A stretch of 64,000 nt of DNA, from contig JBHGNT010000014.1 in the NCBI GenBank assembly GCA_043228905.1, positions 14,136,001 to 14,200,000 on the forward strand. Reading direction: 5' to 3'. Made by a program: the position numbers and the translations under genes. The notes under the pieces were generated by a model. The model ran no database searches. It was not told the origin of the DNA and worked only from the letters and a program-made list of their open reading frames with translations. Below, piece after piece: positions 63,040-64,000 of the stretch. The stretch is from Azolla caroliniana. Its lineage: Eukaryota > Plantae > Polypodiophyta. Position 1 is the first letter of the stretch. Each line of letters starts with the position of its first letter.

Positions 63040-64000
63040 TGCAGCTGGAACTAGAGAGAAGTCGGCTTCTCGAACTCTTTTATGTGCTTTGCTTGCCTCT
63101 GTTCGCATTCGTGGGTACTATCCATTTGGTGTTTCTGGAGCTCGTAAAAAAACCGGATGCGCTCGTTTTCAGCTTCTTCGTATTTTTGCAAAAATTGACT
63201 CAACCGTACCTGTATTTCCACAAGTTCTTTGTTCAGTGATGCGATTTGCGCAGCCGCAATGTCCTGTATGGACGTAATAGACTCGGTCGCTTTTTTTTCG
63301 GTCTCCTTGAGCTCAACCGTCTGTCCTTGTAGCGCCTTCGTAACTTCAGCTTCCTTGTCCACGACTTGCTCCTTGCTTTTGATGGCCTTTGCTTGTGCAT
63401 GCTCGAAGCGTCCTTTCGCTTTTTTTGCAATGGCTTTGTGCTAGGTGATCTCCTCTTCGTCGGTTTGCACGACCGTAGTCACTAGAGCGACAAGGTGAGG
63501 CGACATGGTCTGATCGGCCATGTTGGTCCATTCGCACGCACCAGGCCGGTCCGTTTGTGGCCTGTTTGCGTCTGACCTTCCATAGTTTCAGCTCATCATC
63601 TAAAGTCGGCTCATTGTCTATTGCCCCCTCTACAACCTACTGTTCAACGTGTTCCTGGCCCATGCGGGCTGCGACAACTACTTGGAGATGAGCCAAAAAG
63701 TCAATGAGTTCGTATGAGGTGCCGTGTTGCAAAATTGCTCCGAACTCAAATGCCTCGCCTGGAAGATTGCGGAAAGTTAAGACTTCATCCTCCGAAAATC
63801 GTGATTGCTAGCCTTGCTCAAAAGGTCTTTTGGGATCCAACATGGTGGTTGTCACGATCGCGAGAGCTTCCTTCGGGATGGTGACCAATTGTTTGTTGGC
63901 ATTGGTCGTTCCATCTTTACTCTGCGTGGTGCTGCTAGTGTTGGTGCGGCGGCCTTTTGCTGTTGGATCAAGTTCAAGTGATGCTTGTTTTGTACGCTCC
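63040..64000 (-). mobile_element. Second copy of the large Gypsy's accessory-ORF region
   Basis: Colinear and highly similar to ~16745-17680. Confidence 0.88.

Overview
This is eukaryotic, repeat-saturated heterochromatin, most likely from a non-seed land plant (inferred from the Tcn1-like chromovirus and plant-type tRNA primer sites). No ordinary host gene is recognisable. From left to right it holds a Copia 3' end, three decayed LINEs, a relic RING-finger gene, and one large minus-strand Gypsy element (15445-~60621) that has received at least seven nested insertions. The main finding is a complete DNA transposon at 20109-31205, with 33-bp perfect TIRs and a 4-bp CACT TSD. It carries an intact 890-aa Sola-like DDD transposase and, head-to-head with it, a six-exon gene for a ParB/Srx-like domain fused to a bacterial-type beta-class amino (m6A/m4C) DNA methyltransferase. 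This cargo copy is now disabled by two nonsense changes and an LTR insertion. Other patterns: (i) six TGTYGT...GACA-type LTR insertions whose 4-bp target sites are, or reconstruct to, CpG-centred (NCGN); (ii) antisense tRNA-like A/B-box modules in the LTRs of three different elements; (iii) a Gypsy with a tRNA-3'-end copy where the PPT should be; (iv) a self-priming chromovirus; (v) a 104-bp satellite growing inside a solo LTR. All family assignments are by eye from motifs; no database search was run.
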